A stretch of DNA of 64,000 bases from Desulfobulbaceae bacterium (GCA_026990385.1 JALXDL010000039.1:4466-68465); one strand, 5' to 3'. Counted from the stretch's first letter, positions 1-9,393 are shown. Numbers and translations: made by a program. The notes: generated from the sequence alone by a model not told the origin.

Positions 1-75
1 ATCCTGGCGGAGAACGAGAAACAGCCCGAAATATTAAAATCATTAAAAGGAGTAATCGAGTAAAAGGAGAGAGGA

Positions 76-1512
76 ATGGCAACAGAAAACAACAGCAACG
101 AAAATCAGCAGCACCCCCGGAAGGACAGGAGCGCTTGGGGGCACATCATCCGGGGGATCTGGCGTACGCCGCTGGGGGTTTTCGCCATCGTCATGACCAC
201 GGTGAGCATCACCCTGATGCTCATCGGTATGGCTGCCGAGGTTTTGGGATTCTTCAAGAATCCCTACGTGGGCATCTTTGTCTACATGATCCTGCCTGGC
301 TGCATGGTGGTCGGCCTGCTGCTCATCCCGGTGGCCGCCTACCTGCGCCGGCGTGAATGGCGCCGCACCGGCGTTCAGAAGGACCACCTGCAGCTCAACC
401 TCAGTCATCCGAAACACCGGATGTTCCTGATCGGGTTCGTTGTTCTGACGGTCATCAACATGGTTATCCTCGGCGTGGTCGGATACGAGGGCTATCACTT
501 CACGGACTCACCCTACTTCTGCGGTATGGTCTGCCACGGCGTCATGGCGCCCGAGTATACCGCCTACAAGCGTTCGCCGCACGGCAAGGTCGCCTGCGTG
601 GAGTGCCACATCGGCCCGGGCGCCGAGTGGTTCGTGCGCGCCAAGCTCTCTGGTCTGCGGCAGGTGTACGCCGTGATCACCAACAGTTATTCCCGGCCCA
701 TTCCCACGCCGGTGGAGGCGTTACGTCCTGCCCGGGATACCTGCGAGGAGTGTCACTGGCCTGAGAAGTTTTACGGCAAGAAGGTCAAGACCTTTATCCG
801 CTTCAGCAACGAGGACCAGGAGAATCCGGAGCGTACCGACATCGCGCTGCATATCGGCGGCCACAATCCGGTCACCGGCAGCTTTGAGGGTATCCACTGG
901 CACGTCAGCAAGGATGTCGAGGTCAAGTACCTGGCTGCCAATGAAAAGCGGACCAGTATCGCCCGGGTCAAGGTCAGGCGGCCCGACGGCTCTGAGGATG
1001 AATTTGTCAAGTCCGACGTGGAGGTGGAAGAGGGCTATGAGCCCAAGTGGCGGGTCATGGACTGTATCGACTGTCACAACCGGCCCACCCATATCCTGGA
1101 CATGCCCGAGGACGTGGTCGACTTCGGCCTGTTGAGCAGGAAGATGAACCCTGAGATCAAGGGGATCCGGGAAGATGGCCTCACGGTCATCACCATGGAG
1201 TACGAGTCCCAGGATGACGCCAGGAAGAAGCTGGTCAACAACCTCCTGGAGCTGCAGAAGAAGAGAGATCCGGCGCAGTTCGCCAAGTACGAGGAGGACA
1301 TCAGGAAGGCAGGCGAATACCTGCTGGACAAGTTCCTGGGCAACGTCTGGCCCCGGCAGAAGGTCCTCTGGGGCACCTACAAGGTACACCTGGGACACCA
1401 GTTCGCCGACGAGGGATATGGCTGCTGGCGTTGCCATGACGACGAACACGAGAACAGCAAGGGCGAGACCATCAGCCAGGACTGTTCCCTCTGTCATGAC
1501 GAGCCCGAGTAA
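76..1512 (+). CDS. NapC/NirT/NrfH-family membrane-anchored multiheme cytochrome c (6 heme motifs)
   Basis: Three N-terminal hydrophobic helices; FCGMVCHGVM (CX3CH followed by Met) plus CVECH, CEECH, CIDCH, CWRCH and CSLCH; purine-rich RBS upstream. Confidence 0.9.
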   Translation: MATENNSNENQQHPRKDRSAWGHIIRGIWRTPLGVFAIVMTTVSITLMLIGMAAEVLGFFKNPYVGIFVYMILPGCMVVGLLLIPVAAYLRRREWRRTGVQKDHLQLNLSHPKHRMFLIGFVVLTVINMVILGVVGYEGYHFTDSPYFCGMVCHGVMAPEYTAYKRSPHGKVACVECHIGPGAEWFVRAKLSGLRQVYAVITNSYSRPIPTPVEALRPARDTCEECHWPEKFYGKKVKTFIRFSNEDQENPERTDIALHIGGHNPVTGSFEGIHWHVSKDVEVKYLAANEKRTSIARVKVRRPDGSEDEFVKSDVEVEEGYEPKWRVMDCIDCHNRPTHILDMPEDVVDFGLLSRKMNPEIKGIREDGLTVITMEYESQDDARKKLVNNLLELQKKRDPAQFAKYEEDIRKAGEYLLDKFLGNVWPRQKVLWGTYKVHLGHQFADEGYGCWRCHDDEHENSKGETISQDCSLCHDEPE

Positions 1513-1592
1513 ACCGGCGACCCGGTCCGGGGCATCCTGACAAAATCATGGCCGACCCCGGTTTCCGGACCCGGGTCGGTGTCATCATGGAG

Positions 1593-1629
1593 ACGGAAAA
1601 AGGCGGGGATATTCCCCGCCTTTTTCCGT
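1593..1629. terminator. Bidirectional intrinsic terminator
   Basis: Perfect 17-bp inverted repeat ACGGAAAAAGGCGGGGA-TAT-TCCCCGCCTTTTTCCGT with A5/T5 tracts, lying between convergent genes. Confidence 0.85.
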
Positions 1630-1696
1630 TCATGGCCCCGCACTGCACCGCAGGCCGTGTTCAGGCCTGCCGGTTCGCCGGCAGGGTCGAAGGGGG

Positions 1697-2518
1697 TTAT
1701 TCTTCCTCGCTCTCTTCGGCCAGGCCCCGGACGGCGATGGCGCCGGCCAGGCCGAGCAGGCCGGCTGTCTTGACTTGGCGCACGGCCGGCTGCATCATGG
1801 AGGCCAGCATCCTGCGCCGGCTGGCCGCCTCGGGCATCTCCTGCGGCGTGCTGGTTCTGGCAAGCAGCTCCAGGTCCCGGGGCTTGCCAAAGTAGTAGAC
1901 ATTGGGCCCGATCTTGACGTTGGCCGACTCCAGGCGCCTGGCGCCTTTCCTGACATAGGCCGCCACCTCGGACTTGGGATCGTCCAGGACACCGAAGATA
2001 CGGGCGTCGGTGATGCAGGTCTGCACGCAGGCGGGAGCAAGGCCCTTTTCCACCCGGGGCATGCAGAAGGTACACTTGTCGGCGATACCCTCGCCGCCGA
2101 TATCCTCGTTGGCCACCTCGGTGTTGACGTAGCGGGCACCGTAGGGACAGGCGTCCCGGCAGGCACCGCAGCCCAGGCAGCGGCTCTGGTCGATCTGCAC
2201 CGTGCCGTTGAAAGGATCCTTCCAGGTGGCGGCCACCTCCATGGTCTTGGTCTTGCCGGTTGCCGCATCCTTGAAGGTCACCTCGACCGGGTCGGCCGGA
2301 CAGACCGGCACGCAGGCCGGAGAGTCACAGTGGTTGCAGAGTCCGGGATAGAAGGTGAACGCCATCCCGTGGGAGGTGTTGGCCGGCCCCAGGCGGTGTA
2401 CCCAGTTTCGCCGGTATCCCTCCCGGGTCGGCACCTGCCACTCGGCCCGGCAGGCAACGGCGCAGGCATGACAGCCGACGCAGCGGTCAAGATTGATGAT
2501 CATGGCATATTGCTTCAT
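1697..2518 (-). CDS. PsrB/PhsB/DmsB-like 4x[4Fe-4S] electron-transfer subunit
   Basis: CVGCHACAVAC, CNHCDSPAC..C, CLGCGACRDACP and CTFC..CVQTC motifs; directly downstream of the Mo subunit. Confidence 0.92.
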   Translation of the reverse strand: MKQYAMIINLDRCVGCHACAVACRAEWQVPTREGYRRNWVHRLGPANTSHGMAFTFYPGLCNHCDSPACVPVCPADPVEVTFKDAATGKTKTMEVAATWKDPFNGTVQIDQSRCLGCGACRDACPYGARYVNTEVANEDIGGEGIADKCTFCMPRVEKGLAPACVQTCITDARIFGVLDDPKSEVAAYVRKGARRLESANVKIGPNVYYFGKPRDLELLARTSTPQEMPEAASRRRMLASMMQPAVRQVKTAGLLGLAGAIAVRGLAEESEEE

Positions 2519-2532
2519 TGTTGCTCTCCTCT

Positions 2533-4839
2533 CTATGCGCTCTTGATGGTGTAGCGGGGAATCTCATCGGGAACCGGACAGAGATCCGGCATGGCGAGCG
2601 GCTTGCCGCCGCGGATGATGCGGACAAAGTTGGTCCGTTTGCTGGTGGCGCCCATGAAAGGATCTTCCACGTTCTTCGTCATCATGAAGCCGTCGGCCGC
2701 GCCCTTGCCGTGGGCCCGGCTGAGCAGCGGCGATTTGCTGCCAAAGCCGTGCGCCATGTAGACGGTGTCGGGCCTGATTCCCGGGGTGACCAGGACCTTG
2801 ACCGGGTTAGAGCGTTTGCCGTCCTGGTTTTCCAGTACCACCTCTTCATTGTCCCTGATACCGAGCATCTTGGCCACCTTGTCGTTGAGCCAGAGCTTGT
2901 TCTCCGGGATCTCGTTGTGCAGCCAGAGATTGTTCATGGTCCGGCTGAAGGTGTGCACGGGCGAGCGGCCGTAGATGAGGCGGGTGTAGCCCTTGGGTGG
3001 CGCCGGGGTGGCCTCGTATTTCGGGATCGGGTCCAGGTCCTCGTCATCAAAGGCCTCGACCCACAGGTTGACCTTGCCGGACTCGGTGTCCAGCTTGAGC
3101 TCGCCCGGTTTGCGGTAGGGATTTGCGGGCAGGGTTATGAGCCCGCCTTCCTTGTTCAGCGTTTTGAGCGAATAGCCGACCCCTTCCAGCTCCTTTTCAA
3201 TGAAGGCCTGTTCGTTGGGGCAGGTGAAACCTGGAATGTCCAGCCGTTTGGCCAGGTTCTTGGCGATCCAGTAGGGAGACCTGGCCTCGAACAGGGGGTC
3301 CACCACCGGTTGGCGCACCGTGACATAGGGGGTCAGGCCGTCGTAGGCATAGACACCGTCGTAGCGCTCCAGGTAGACCGCGTCGGGCAGGATGATGTCG
3401 GACCAGATCGCGGTTTCGCCGGCCATGATCTCCTCGCAGAAGATGAAGTCGAGCTTCTTGAGCGCCTTCATGGTCTCGTAGGGATCGGGAATCGTCTGGA
3501 TCACGTTGACGCCGTTGATTCCCAGCAACCGGATGGGATAGGGCTTGCCGGTGATGATGGCCTTTATGATATCAGCGGTCACCGTGCCGAAGTTGCTTGA
3601 AAACGGATAGGCCGAGTCTTCCTTCAGCGAGACCTCGGGCTCGATGGGCGCCACGTGCTCGGACTTTTCCGCCACGCACTCGACGTGTCCCAGCGGGACA
3701 GGGCTGGGGAAATAGATGCCGCCCGGCACTCCCACGGCGCCGAACAGGGCGGTGAGGATGGCGTAGGACTGGTGCCGCCCCACATCACCCTTGCCGTACC
3801 AGGTGGAGTGTCGGCCCGGATGGATGTTGACCTGGGGGCTGGCCTTGGCGAGCAGCTCGATGGCCGCCTTCATGTCCTCGATCCTGAGATCGCAGATTTT
3901 TGCGGCCCATTCCATGGAATAGCCGCTGACCTCTTTCCTGAGGGCATCGAACCCCTCGCAGTGGTTGGCGACAAATTTTTTGTCATAGAGGTTGTTGCTG
4001 ATCACGTAGTTGATCCAGGCGAGCATCAGGGCCGTGTCCGTGCCCGGCCTGATGGCGAGGTGGATGTCGGCCTTGCCGGCGGCCGTGGAAAAGCGCGGAT
4101 CCACCACCACCAGCCTGGCGCCGCTCTGCAGGCCGGCGATGAACTCGCGCACGTGGGAGACGTGAACGTTTTCACCGATGTGGGACCCTACCAGCAACAT
4201 GGCCTTGGCATGGGCCATGTCGTTGTACTGGCGGGTGCCGGTGGTGATGTAGCCCACGGTTTCCAGGTAGGCCAGGGCGGCCGGACCGACGCACTGGAAA
4301 AAGGCGGGTTCACTGGTGTAGTTTTCCGTGCCCATGTTGATGAAGATCTTACGCAGGTGCTCGGCCGAGGCACCGTGATCGAAGAAGGCCAGGGCATGGG
4401 GGCCATACTCCTTCTTGACCTTGTCCATGTTGTGGGCGATCTCGTCCAGGGCCTCGTCCCAGGTGATCCTGGCCCATTTGCCTTCACCCCGGGCGCCGAC
4501 CCGTTTCATGGGATACTTGATCCGGTCCGGATCGTAGAGGAGCTGGACCCCGGAGTTGCCCCGGGCGCAGACCCGGCGGCCGTTGACCGGACTCTTGCTG
4601 TTGCCCTCGATCTTGATCAGCTTGCCGTCCCTGACCTTGCCGATGATGGGGCAGCGCCAGAAGCACATTTCGCAGACCGACGTGGTCTCGCTGGCCCCCA
4701 TGCTTCCGCTCGGAGCAATGGGCAGGGTTCCGGCCCTGGCTGCCCGGAAGAGGCCCTTTCCTCCCGGCAGACCGGCCGTGGATGCTGCCATTGCCACGGC
4801 CGTGGCTGTTGACATCTTGAGAAAATGTCGTCTGTTCAT
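2533..4839 (-). CDS. Tat-exported molybdopterin (bis-MGD) oxidoreductase, polysulfide/thiosulfate reductase (PsrA/PhsA)-like catalytic subunit
   Basis: Start at 4839 behind AGGAGG; Tat motif MNRRHFLK; [4Fe-4S] motif CEMCFWRC...CARG; Cys in the Mo-ligand region (FFQCVGP); RPGTDTAL and GRH segments; C-terminal molydop-binding domain. Substrate cannot be determined from sequence alone. Confidence 0.85.
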   Translation of the reverse strand: MNRRHFLKMSTATAVAMAASTAGLPGGKGLFRAARAGTLPIAPSGSMGASETTSVCEMCFWRCPIIGKVRDGKLIKIEGNSKSPVNGRRVCARGNSGVQLLYDPDRIKYPMKRVGARGEGKWARITWDEALDEIAHNMDKVKKEYGPHALAFFDHGASAEHLRKIFINMGTENYTSEPAFFQCVGPAALAYLETVGYITTGTRQYNDMAHAKAMLLVGSHIGENVHVSHVREFIAGLQSGARLVVVDPRFSTAAGKADIHLAIRPGTDTALMLAWINYVISNNLYDKKFVANHCEGFDALRKEVSGYSMEWAAKICDLRIEDMKAAIELLAKASPQVNIHPGRHSTWYGKGDVGRHQSYAILTALFGAVGVPGGIYFPSPVPLGHVECVAEKSEHVAPIEPEVSLKEDSAYPFSSNFGTVTADIIKAIITGKPYPIRLLGINGVNVIQTIPDPYETMKALKKLDFIFCEEIMAGETAIWSDIILPDAVYLERYDGVYAYDGLTPYVTVRQPVVDPLFEARSPYWIAKNLAKRLDIPGFTCPNEQAFIEKELEGVGYSLKTLNKEGGLITLPANPYRKPGELKLDTESGKVNLWVEAFDDEDLDPIPKYEATPAPPKGYTRLIYGRSPVHTFSRTMNNLWLHNEIPENKLWLNDKVAKMLGIRDNEEVVLENQDGKRSNPVKVLVTPGIRPDTVYMAHGFGSKSPLLSRAHGKGAADGFMMTKNVEDPFMGATSKRTNFVRIIRGGKPLAMPDLCPVPDEIPRYTIKSA

Positions 4840-5384
4840 GAAGTTACCTCCTTCTCGGTATGGTGAAGGCACAGGTGGGTGACCTGGCCAAGTAGACGGT
4901 AGAACGGACAGGGATCGGCCTCCTGCAGCCGCTGGTGGAAGAGCGGATACCAGCGCAGCAGGTGATCGGCCAGGAAACGGCCGAGCAGGGCAGGGCGCTT
5001 CTCGTCGAGCAGGATACCCACAAAGGCGAGCTCCTGGACCAGGTGATCAGCGTATTCGCTCGCGCCTGCGGGTTCGATCCCGGCCTGACGGTAGAAGGCC
5101 AGGGCCTGGTCGTGGCCCTCCTGCATGAGGACGTTGGAGCCGCCCAGGTAAACGGATGCCCAGGGCGGGGCGGGAACCCCACCGGGAGCATTGTCGAAGA
5201 GGCGGACGTATTCGGCCTCCAGGTCGGTGAGAGAGGGCGGTGCAAGGGCGGAGGCCGGCGGTGCATTCAGGTCCAGGTCCGTTGCCAGGGCGGCGAGCGC
5301 TGTCACGGCGGACAGCAGGCTGTCCCCGAACCGGGGATAGGAAAATGCAGCGGAGAGAAAGTGAAAGGGGTGGTCCTGGCTCAT
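4836..5384 (-). CDS. TorD/DmsD-family redox enzyme maturation chaperone
   Basis: EYVRLF, PPWASVY and DHLVQEL motifs; ATG at 5384 with GGAG RBS; stop overlaps the start of the Mo subunit (ATGA). Confidence 0.85.
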   Translation of the reverse strand: MSQDHPFHFLSAAFSYPRFGDSLLSAVTALAALATDLDLNAPPASALAPPSLTDLEAEYVRLFDNAPGGVPAPPWASVYLGGSNVLMQEGHDQALAFYRQAGIEPAGASEYADHLVQELAFVGILLDEKRPALLGRFLADHLLRWYPLFHQRLQEADPCPFYRLLGQVTHLCLHHTEKEVTS

Positions 5385-5546
5385 GGGAACTCCGTACTCT
5401 GCAGGGGAAACAGGGGGATAGGTTCTTCCCGGCCCATGCCGGGCCGGGAGTGTTCGGCTGCGGCAACGGCTTCCGGCCGCTGAATGGGCATTCATTTTTT
5501 TTGCAGTATCCTACAGTGCTGTTCGTTCGCTGTCAAACCGTAAGTG

Positions 5547-5693
5547 GTCACAGGCACCCCATCTGCACGCGCTCAAACCTCCCGATATAGGGGGTGTATC
5601 ATTGCGGAGTCCGATCAGCAGCAGCTGTGCCACCCGGCAACCATTTGCAAGTTTTGTATTAATTCCGAGGAGTTGGATATCCCATGACCGGTT
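5547..5693 (-). repeat. Dispersed ~150-bp intergenic element (modules A + middle + C)
   Basis: Reverse complement aligns with 48117-48254; a 65-nt ungapped block (5553-5617 vs 48184-48248) is 55/65 identical. Confidence 0.85.
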
Positions 5694-5781
5694 ATGTCAG
5701 AGCGGAGGGGACATCGCGCATCCCGCCGTCCGCTGTTCTGCAGGCTTGCCAACTGCCGGACCGGGATGGTATGTTGCTGCC

Positions 5782-5982
5782 ATGAAACTTCTTGTCACCC
5801 TGATCGGACTTGTCTTCATCCTCGAGGGATTACCCTACGTGGCCTCGCCCGAGGCCATGCAGCGCTGGCTCCGGAAACTCTCCGGGATGCCGCCGGCACA
5901 GTTACGCTTCATGGGTGTCATTGCCATGGTCACCGGCTTCCTGCTCTGCTATCTTGGCCAGAGAAGCGGCCTTTTCGGCTGA
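5782..5982 (+). CDS. DUF2065 (YjeT-like) small membrane protein
   Basis: 66 aa; GLVFILEGLPY...P...LRFMG signature. Confidence 0.8.
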   Translation: MKLLVTLIGLVFILEGLPYVASPEAMQRWLRKLSGMPPAQLRFMGVIAMVTGFLLCYLGQRSGLFG

Positions 5983-6070
5983 AGAAAGCTCCCTCGTTTC
6001 CTTCCTGCCGGTCTGCCCCGGCCCCCTTGTCGGCGCCTACAGGTTATTGATGGGGATCCTGTTTTACTGT

Positions 6071-6100
6071 TTGACTTTTGATTGTCTTTTTCGGTATCAT
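6071..6100 (+). promoter_or_regulatory. Putative sigma70 promoter of mgtE
   Basis: TTGACT-18 nt-TATCAT about 70 nt upstream of the ATG. Confidence 0.5.
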
Positions 6101-6170
6101 TCAAAATTTTTCCTTACAAACCGCAATCCCGCACAATCTGACGGTCCTCTGCGTTTCAAAAGGAAGTCTC

Positions 6171-7553
6171 ATGGAAAAAACACCAAAACGCGAGATGATA
6201 GGGCTCGAGGGCAAGGTGCTGCTCGATACCCTGCGTCGTCTCCACCGCAGAGGTGCTGTCGAGAATATCAGGAAACTGATCCGCAAGACGCATCCCGCTG
6301 ATCTCGCCTGGGTCTTCCGGTCCCTGTCTCCCGGGGAGCGGAAAGACATCTTTCAGGTCATCGCCCAGACCGACCTGGTCGCTCCCTTCCTGAGCGAGCT
6401 TGACGAGTCCATCATGGTCGAGCTGGTGGAAGGGCTGTCGGCCAGGTTCCTGGCCAGGGTCGTCACCAACATGGCCTCCGACGACGCAGCCGACCTGCTC
6501 GAGGCCCTGCCGCAGGATATCGCCTCCGAGATCCGGTCCCACATGGAGGTCGAGGACCGGCACGAGGTCGAGGAACTCCTCAAGTACGACCCGGAGACGG
6601 CCGGTGGCATCATGTCGCCGGATTTCATGTACCTGGACGAGAACCTGACCGTGGAAGAGGCGATCAGGAAGGTCCAGAAGCGCAGCGAAGAGAAAGAGAT
6701 GGTCTTCTATCTCTACATCACCCACGGTGACGGCCAGCTCGCCGGTGTGCTCTCCCTGCGGGAGCTGCTCCTGCATCCCATGCACCGCAAGCTCAAGAAC
6801 ATCATGAACACCAACGTCATCTCCGTGACCACGGACACGGACCAGGAGGAGGTGGCGCACGTGGTGTCCCAGTACAATCTGCTGGCCGTGCCGGTTGTGG
6901 ATGCCACCTTCAAGATCGTCGGTATCGTCACCGTGGATGATGTCATTGATGTCATCCGCGAGGAGGCCACCGAGGACTTCCTGCAGATGGCGGGCGCGGG
7001 CAAGGACCAGGAGATCCTGCTCAAGCCGCTCCATCAGAAAATCCTGCTCCGGGCGCCATGGCTCTTCGCCTCCTGGCTGGGCGGCGTGGCGGCCATGTAC
7101 ATCATCACCTCGTTCCAGGGCGAGCTGCAGAAGGTGCTGGCACTGGCCTCGTTCATTCCCATCATCTCGGGCATGGGCGGCAATATCGCCACCCAGTCCT
7201 CCAGCATCACGGTCCGCGGCCTGGCCACGGGCCGCGTCAACATGCAGCACTTTTTTTCCCTGGTGGGCAAGGAGATGGTCCTGGGTGTCATGCTCGGTAC
7301 CCTGTTCGGTGTCCTGCTCGGGCTACTGGCCCACTTCAGCTATGCCTCGCCTGCCTACCTGGGGTTCGTGGTCGGTATTTCGGTGTTCATGGTCATGACC
7401 ATGTCCGCCACCGTGGGCACCCTGGTCCCCATGCTGCTCAAGCGGTTCCGTATTGATCCGGCCGTGGCCACGGGGCCGTTCATCTCGACCTCCATTGATA
7501 TCCTTGGTGTCACATTGTTCTTCAGCGTGGCAAAGATACTGCTCAAACTGTAG
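6171..7553 (+). CDS. mgtE: Magnesium transporter MgtE
   Basis: MgtE N-domain, CBS pair (ETAGGIMS..., AVPVVD), GMGGNIATQ and DPAVATGPFI..SIDILG transmembrane motifs. Confidence 0.95.
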   Translation: MEKTPKREMIGLEGKVLLDTLRRLHRRGAVENIRKLIRKTHPADLAWVFRSLSPGERKDIFQVIAQTDLVAPFLSELDESIMVELVEGLSARFLARVVTNMASDDAADLLEALPQDIASEIRSHMEVEDRHEVEELLKYDPETAGGIMSPDFMYLDENLTVEEAIRKVQKRSEEKEMVFYLYITHGDGQLAGVLSLRELLLHPMHRKLKNIMNTNVISVTTDTDQEEVAHVVSQYNLLAVPVVDATFKIVGIVTVDDVIDVIREEATEDFLQMAGAGKDQEILLKPLHQKILLRAPWLFASWLGGVAAMYIITSFQGELQKVLALASFIPIISGMGGNIATQSSSITVRGLATGRVNMQHFFSLVGKEMVLGVMLGTLFGVLLGLLAHFSYASPAYLGFVVGISVFMVMTMSATVGTLVPMLLKRFRIDPAVATGPFISTSIDILGVTLFFSVAKILLKL

Positions 7554-7562
7554 GGTTCTTCA

Positions 7563-8684
7563 TTGCATCGCACACCTCTTCGTCCACGATCCGGCCGTGC
7601 CAACGGACTGATCCTGCTGGCACTGCTGGCGCTTGTCCTCTGGCTCGCCTACCAGAGCTTTCAGCCGTCCCTCCTGCAGCCTGATGCCAAACCCAGGCCG
7701 GTCACCGCCCGCGGCGACCTGGCCGCGGACGAGAAAAACACCATCGAGGTGTTTCGCAGCGCAGCGCCGTCCGTGGTCTTCATCACCAGCATCGCCGTCC
7801 GCCGCAACATGTTTAATCTCAATGTCTACGAGATACCCAAGGGCACGGGATCCGGGTTCATCTGGGACAGGGACGGCCGGGTGGTCACCAACTACCACGT
7901 GATCTCCGATGCCAACCGGATCGAGGTCACCTTGGCCGATCACACCACCTGGAAGGGTGTGCTGGTGGGTGCGGCGCCGGACCGGGATCTGGCGGTCCTG
8001 CAGATCTCGGCCCCGGCAGACAGGCTGCAGCCGATCATGATCGGGGAGTCAGGAAACCTGCTGGTGGGACAGAAGGTCTTTGCCATCGGCAATCCCTTCG
8101 GTCTGGACCAGACCCTGACCACCGGTGTGGTCAGCGCCCTGGGCCGGGAGATCACCTCGGTGACCGGACGTACGATCCACGACGTGATCCAGACCGATGC
8201 AGCCATCAACCCGGGGAATTCGGGCGGACCGCTCCTTGACAGCGCCGGCCGGCTGATCGGTGTCAATACGGCCATTTACAGTCCGTCCGGTGCCAGCTCG
8301 GGCATCGGGTTCGCCGTGCCGGTGGACGAGGTGAACAGGGTGGTGCCGCAGGTGATCCGGCACGGGAAGGTGATCCGGCCGGGCCTGGGAGTGGTGTTGG
8401 CCAACCAGAGGCTGATCCGCGATCTCGATCTGCCCGGGGTGCTGGTTCTGAAGGTCCAGCCCGGCAGTACCGCGGCCCGGGCCGGCATCCGGGGGACCCG
8501 CCAGGTGCCTGGCGGACTGGTGCTGGGAGATATCATCCTTGCCGTCAACGGTGAGCCGGTCACGGATTACAACAGCCTGCGTGACCAGATTGAACGGTAC
8601 AAGGTGGGCGAGACCGTCACTCTGACCATTCTGCGGGACGGTAAAAAGATCAAGGTGCCGCTGTCCCTGGAGGCCATGGAGTAG
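7563..8684 (+). CDS. HtrA/DegP-family (S1C) serine protease with PDZ domain
   Basis: GSGFIW..VTNYHV, DLAVL and IQTDAAINPGNSGGPL catalytic motifs; N-terminal TM helix; TTG start. Confidence 0.93.
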   Translation: MHRTPLRPRSGRANGLILLALLALVLWLAYQSFQPSLLQPDAKPRPVTARGDLAADEKNTIEVFRSAAPSVVFITSIAVRRNMFNLNVYEIPKGTGSGFIWDRDGRVVTNYHVISDANRIEVTLADHTTWKGVLVGAAPDRDLAVLQISAPADRLQPIMIGESGNLLVGQKVFAIGNPFGLDQTLTTGVVSALGREITSVTGRTIHDVIQTDAAINPGNSGGPLLDSAGRLIGVNTAIYSPSGASSGIGFAVPVDEVNRVVPQVIRHGKVIRPGLGVVLANQRLIRDLDLPGVLVLKVQPGSTAARAGIRGTRQVPGGLVLGDIILAVNGEPVTDYNSLRDQIERYKVGETVTLTILRDGKKIKVPLSLEAME

Positions 8685-8706
8685 GAGGGCGCGGCGGGTC
8701 TTACCG

Positions 8707-9393
8707 CTACAGGAGGGAAGACCGTCTCTTTCTGGAGCGGCTGCTGATCAGGCCGATGAGCCAGCCCAGCAGAAGGACACCGCTTCCGGAAAGGAACCAC
8801 ATCAGGCGGCTGTTCTTTTTCAGGGTTCTGTTTTCGGCCTGCACCGTCGACAGCCTGGATTCCAGGCTCTTGACCTGCTGCAGGGCATCGGCCAGCCTTT
8901 TCTTGGTCCGGACCACATCGGCGGTATCCTTGCGGAGGGCCTGGTAGTCGGCCCTGGTCCTGTCCCGTTCGATCATGCAGGCGGTGAGTTCCTTTTCGGT
9001 CTGGGCGTTGGCGTCGGTGAGTTCCTGGAGCTGCCGCTGCGTCTTCTCGCACCGCTGGACCAGGGCCTCTTTTTCCCGGCGGAGTGCGGCGAGCTGCTCC
9101 TGCAGCGGTGGTTCACCGCTGAGGTACCGTTTCAGGATCCAGCCCTCCCTGCCGCTTTCCAGGCGGACCCTGGCCCAGGGATCATCTGTCTTGAGCAGCT
9201 CCACCGGCGTCCCGTCCTGGAGCACGGCAACGATCTTGTAGTCCTTGCCTTGACCTCTTCTGAGCGGCACCTCGGCGCTCGGCTTCACAAACAAGGTTTT
9301 CGCGACCGCCCCCCCGGTCGCAAGCAGGAAAAAGAGGACGGTGGCCAGGAACAGGCGGCTCCCGGCGGCAGGCGGCAATATGGATCTCTTCAT
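8707..9393 (-). CDS. SH3-domain protein (TIGR04211/YgiM-like): signal peptide, SH3b, coiled coil, C-terminal TM
   Basis: LRRGQG..YKIVAVL..G, WARVR...REGWI; coiled coil; WFLSGSGVLLLGWLIG tail. Confidence 0.85.
   Translation of the reverse strand: MKRSILPPAAGSRLFLATVLFFLLATGGAVAKTLFVKPSAEVPLRRGQGKDYKIVAVLQDGTPVELLKTDDPWARVRLESGREGWILKRYLSGEPPLQEQLAALRREKEALVQRCEKTQRQLQELTDANAQTEKELTACMIERDRTRADYQALRKDTADVVRTKKRLADALQQVKSLESRLSTVQAENRTLKKNSRLMWFLSGSGVLLLGWLIGLISSRSRKRRSSLL

Noticed and set aside
1552-1579. Second GC hairpin (CCGACCC/GGGTCGG) before the main terminator
   Set aside because: It has a short stem and no U tract, and the 1593-1629 hairpin already explains termination.
2533-4839. Selenocysteine in the Mo enzyme
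   Set aside because: The ORF is uninterrupted and has a Cys codon at the putative ligand position; there is no in-frame TGA.
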